Assembly (NCBI RefSeq): GCF_022539665.2
Contig: NC_081331.1
Span: 10,168,001-10,232,000 of the forward strand
Reading direction: 5' to 3'
Length of the DNA: 64,000 nt
Source of the DNA: Daphnia carinata
Taxonomy: Eukaryota
The first letter of the stretch is position 1, and every line of letters starts with the position of its first letter. The position numbers were made by a program, and so were the translations under genes. Of this stretch, positions 60,483-64,000 are shown piece after piece. The notes under the pieces were generated by a model that worked only from the letters and a program-made list of their open reading frames with translations, did not search any database and was not told the origin of the DNA.

Positions 60483-63400
60483 GTATTGGATTCCGACACA
60501 CATACACACACACGCGGAGAGAGAGGAGAAGAAGCACCAGGAAATGGGATCCTTGTTAGTAAGCACAAAATATACAAGTTCTTCCCTTTTTTTTCTTTTT
60601 TTTTTAAGGTGAAGAGGGGGGCAAAGAAAAAAAAAGGCTAGCAGACGGAGGCAAGCTTGACGAGCAGCTGCTCAAACGGCCCACAACAAAATAAATATCA
60701 TAAATCGACGTCTTTTTTTTTTTTTTTCTACCCTTACATACATAACCGGAGTATCTACGAAAAAAAGAGCACGTGCCCCGAATTTCCTGCCTGGTGTTCT
60801 TTTAGCAAGAAAATGTGTTCCCTTATCCGTGTACGTATATTTATATATAGAGACAGAGTCAACAAAAGATATGTGCGTACCAAATATAATCAACTGGAGG
60901 AAGAAGAAGAAGAAGAAATTGAAAGAATCTCGAGACATACACAAACACAGACGTCCTTCTTATCTCCCATGTCTACTCTTCTTAATAACCATCATTTCTC
61001 TTCAGCTCAGTAGACAAGAGTGACGTAGAGAGAGAGAGAGAGCTCAAGATCTTAATTTATTATCGTTGCTGCAGTTTGTTGTTGTTGGGCTCTCAGAATT
61101 GTGGGGGGGGGGGGGAGTTTAAACTGGACTAGTTAATTGTGTTCTTTTTTTTTTTCCTCATTCTCTTCCTCCTCTAGTTTCCCAGAAGTGAAATGGAAGA
61201 AGTTCGATAAGACAAGGTCGTTAACTTTTATTGTGTCACTTGCGATCTAAAATGTACAACAAAAAAAAAAAAACAACAAGAAATTCCTCACGAGGACGTG
61301 CATACGGTTGGGGCGTTGTCTTCCTCAATAAAACCGAGGAAAAAAAAAATTAAAATTGGCTTGTCCTTGTTCATTTCCCTTGTAATTGTTGCTAGTTTTA
61401 AAGTTGATGTAGTAAAAAAACATTGCGGTTAAATTGTAGCATTAAACTACTTCTGGTTTCAAAACAACCTTTCCATTTTTTTTTTTTTTTTTTTTTTTGC
61501 CTTCTCAAATTTCCCGCGTCTCGCTATAATCTTGTAAAAAGACGTAAACGGACGAGCGACTCGTAAACGAAAATACATACACAGAGCGTTCCGTCTGACG
61601 TTTAACGTCGTTCGCCAAACAGCCGTCAAGAGAGAAACTGCGCCGCTTTCTCCTGTTTCGGTAAAGATACACGCACGCAGATTGTAAACGGAGAAAGACG
61701 GAAAACAAAAAATAAAAAAAATAAAAACTATTTAAAAATGGAATGTTATTCTATAACCCGTGCAAAAGAACGTCGTGTGACTAGAGACGGGAAAAAATGA
61801 GGCCAGCTATGTTGCGCACTTTTAGATAAACATGGTGTATGTCTTTTCATTGTCGGGATGTCTCTCCCTCTGACATCCGAATGAACACACGCTCGGTAAA
61901 TCATGTTCACGAAGGTTACGACGCAAATTCAAAGAGAAAAAAAAAAAAAAAAAATGGCATTTGATGTGTAAATGTAAATCAATTGAAATGCCGGAGCTTT
62001 GAGACAGGCGAAGAAAGTGCATCCGAGATATGATAACCCAATTTAATGAGCGTAAAGAAAAAGCAAAATACAAGAAAACGGAATTTCCAAAAAAGCAAAC
62101 GCAATTTAAGTTGAAAAAATGTAAATCATTTCGAAAGAACTTTCACCCGAGAAAAAGTTCTGCAGCTATTATCAACCGCCAAACACTCAATTCAATAAAC
62201 CGTTCGTTTTAATTGCGCTCGTTGGATAATACAAACGATAAGGGCCACGGTCCAATCATGCAAGAAAATAAAGAATCCCTTCAGGCAGAAAAGTAGATTC
62301 CAGTACGCAAATCATTTTTCCGGAAATAAAATAAAATAAAAAAAAAAAAAAAAAAAATGGGTGGACTGTGGGGTGTTTGATAGATTCGACCGGTTCTTCT
62401 TTCTCCTTTTCCTTTTGTCACCCGCTTTCTTTTCTTTCATGTCGCTCGAGACGTAATGAAGCGGAAAAACGCCTGACATAGTTACGCACTATTTACCTCG
62501 CATCTTCTTTGAAGAGACTCCCTCCCCCCTTTACAAAAAAAAAAAAAAAAAAAATGTTTGACAATAGTTCGGACCCATCTAAGTGTTTGTAATACGAGCA
62601 GAATTCTTCGTTGGTTGTTATACAATTGAATTCCAACACCTGGCCCCAGTAGCAGAAGGAGTAATAATGCTCTGCAAATATTTGCCCTTTTTTTTTTATT
62701 CATGGGCGTGTTATTGGGAGGGAATTATAATAATAATAATAATAAATAAAAAGACGCATCCAAGGCATCCGATTTCTTTTTCCAATTGTCCCGTCAGTCG
62801 TTATGTCCCCCCTCCTTTTTTGAATAAATAATAGCTCCAGTTATGCGCAAACACACAACTGGGCACAGGACATCTTTGTTGAAATGAAGGGAAATTATTT
62901 AAAAGAAAAAAAAAAAAAAAAAAAAGGGAAGGATGAAAAGTGGTGGCTATTACACAGAGCTGGAACGCGCAACCGTCTTTCTCGGAGAGAGAGAGAGTCG
63001 TTACGGCCCGCGGCTTCAACTGGAGAACTTGGCGGTTTTTGAAAAAAAAAATAAAATAAAATAAAATAAAATAAAATGATTTTCCTTCCAACGCAAACGA
63101 AATTAGTGGACGGAATGTTTTCGCTATGACGGACGTGATCCCTCCAAAAAAAAAAATTAAACAATGAGACAAAAGGTCCGTGAATCTTGTCAAAAAAACA
63201 ATTTTTGGCCGTCATCAACGCTAAGCAAAAGTGTAATTCAATGTGGCAAGAGTGGTCAAAAATTACATCATTTCGGCTGTCTTGTACGTATCCACTTTGT
63301 ATTGGGACCGTGAAAAGCATTCGACAGTCGACTGATGTTCACTTGAACTTGGTTTTTTTTTTTTTAGAACCTTACAGGCCCGAGGGGTCTTCATTTACTT

Positions 63401-64000
63401 GAGAATTTCCTTCTTTCCTTCCTAGTTTTTTTGTTTTTTTTTACCACGTCCGACAAAAGGTAAAAAGAAGAAAGACAACTACAACAACTAGAAGAATCGG
63501 GGCCTTTTTTTCTTGTGTGCCATCAAATTGTTCCCTGGAACTGCTTGAATAAAAAGAGACAAAAAGAAAGAAAAAGTACAAAAAAAAAAGGGACATTCCT
63601 CTTGATTTTTATTCTTTTTCAAACTACCGTCCACTGTGGTTGCACAGCGCTGCTCTTTTATTGTCCACGACTCTCCCATAATAATCCATTCAAATGTTTG
63701 TTTTTTTTTTCTTTCAGTTTCCCAGAACGAAACATGAATTTTAAGTGAGAAAAGGAAAGGGAGACATGAACAAGAATTTTGCACTAATTTTATAATCCCC
63801 TTCAAAAAAATAAGAATCTACTCCTCCTTTTTTTACTAATTAGAGCCAATGACATTCAACGTCTTGTTAGTTCTTACCCCCTGCAGATCAGCAAAGTAAA
63901 AAAAAAAAAAAACTCTTTTTTAAACTCCCCTTCGAGGAAGCAGCGTCCGAACATCCGTCAACCTCCCAAACGCACCAGTTGATCCATGGCTTTCAAAAGA

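Noticed and set aside
56100..64000. ORFs and small hairpins in the distal region
   Set aside because: Poly(A/T) and microsatellite-rich sequence, probably intron or upstream DNA of the RA gene. No supported coding exon found.

Overview
Eukaryotic, AT-rich, intron-containing DNA with ~55-75 nt introns, poly(A/T) runs and microsatellites. The gene content points to a water flea (Daphnia, magna-like). Left to right: an intronless doublesex CDS (330 aa, Dsx1-like, minus strand) with ~18 kb of non-coding upstream DNA containing an overlapping Dsx + bZIP (Vrille-type) site; HGH1 (+); a ~1200-aa PTB-domain gene (-); a 13-exon gene (-) that the ORF track misses, encoding a selenoprotein H (SelH/BthD) domain with an in-frame UGA (CKSU) and a 3'UTR SECIS, fused behind nine alternating acidic/basic repeats each encoded by one phase-0 exon; a ~950-bp non-autonomous TIR element; the compact cluster POP5 (+), TIM22 (-), transaldolase (-); a 5.4-kb palindrome with ~2.3-kb near-identical arms, a decayed spliced gene in each arm and three tRNA-like relics in the spacer, overlapping a TIR element with a 6-bp TSD; and the 3' part of a tandem Ras-association-domain gene (rau-like, -). 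Gene models were spliced and translated by eye, and family calls come from recalled motifs, not database searches. Most short ORFs in the ORF track are spurious.
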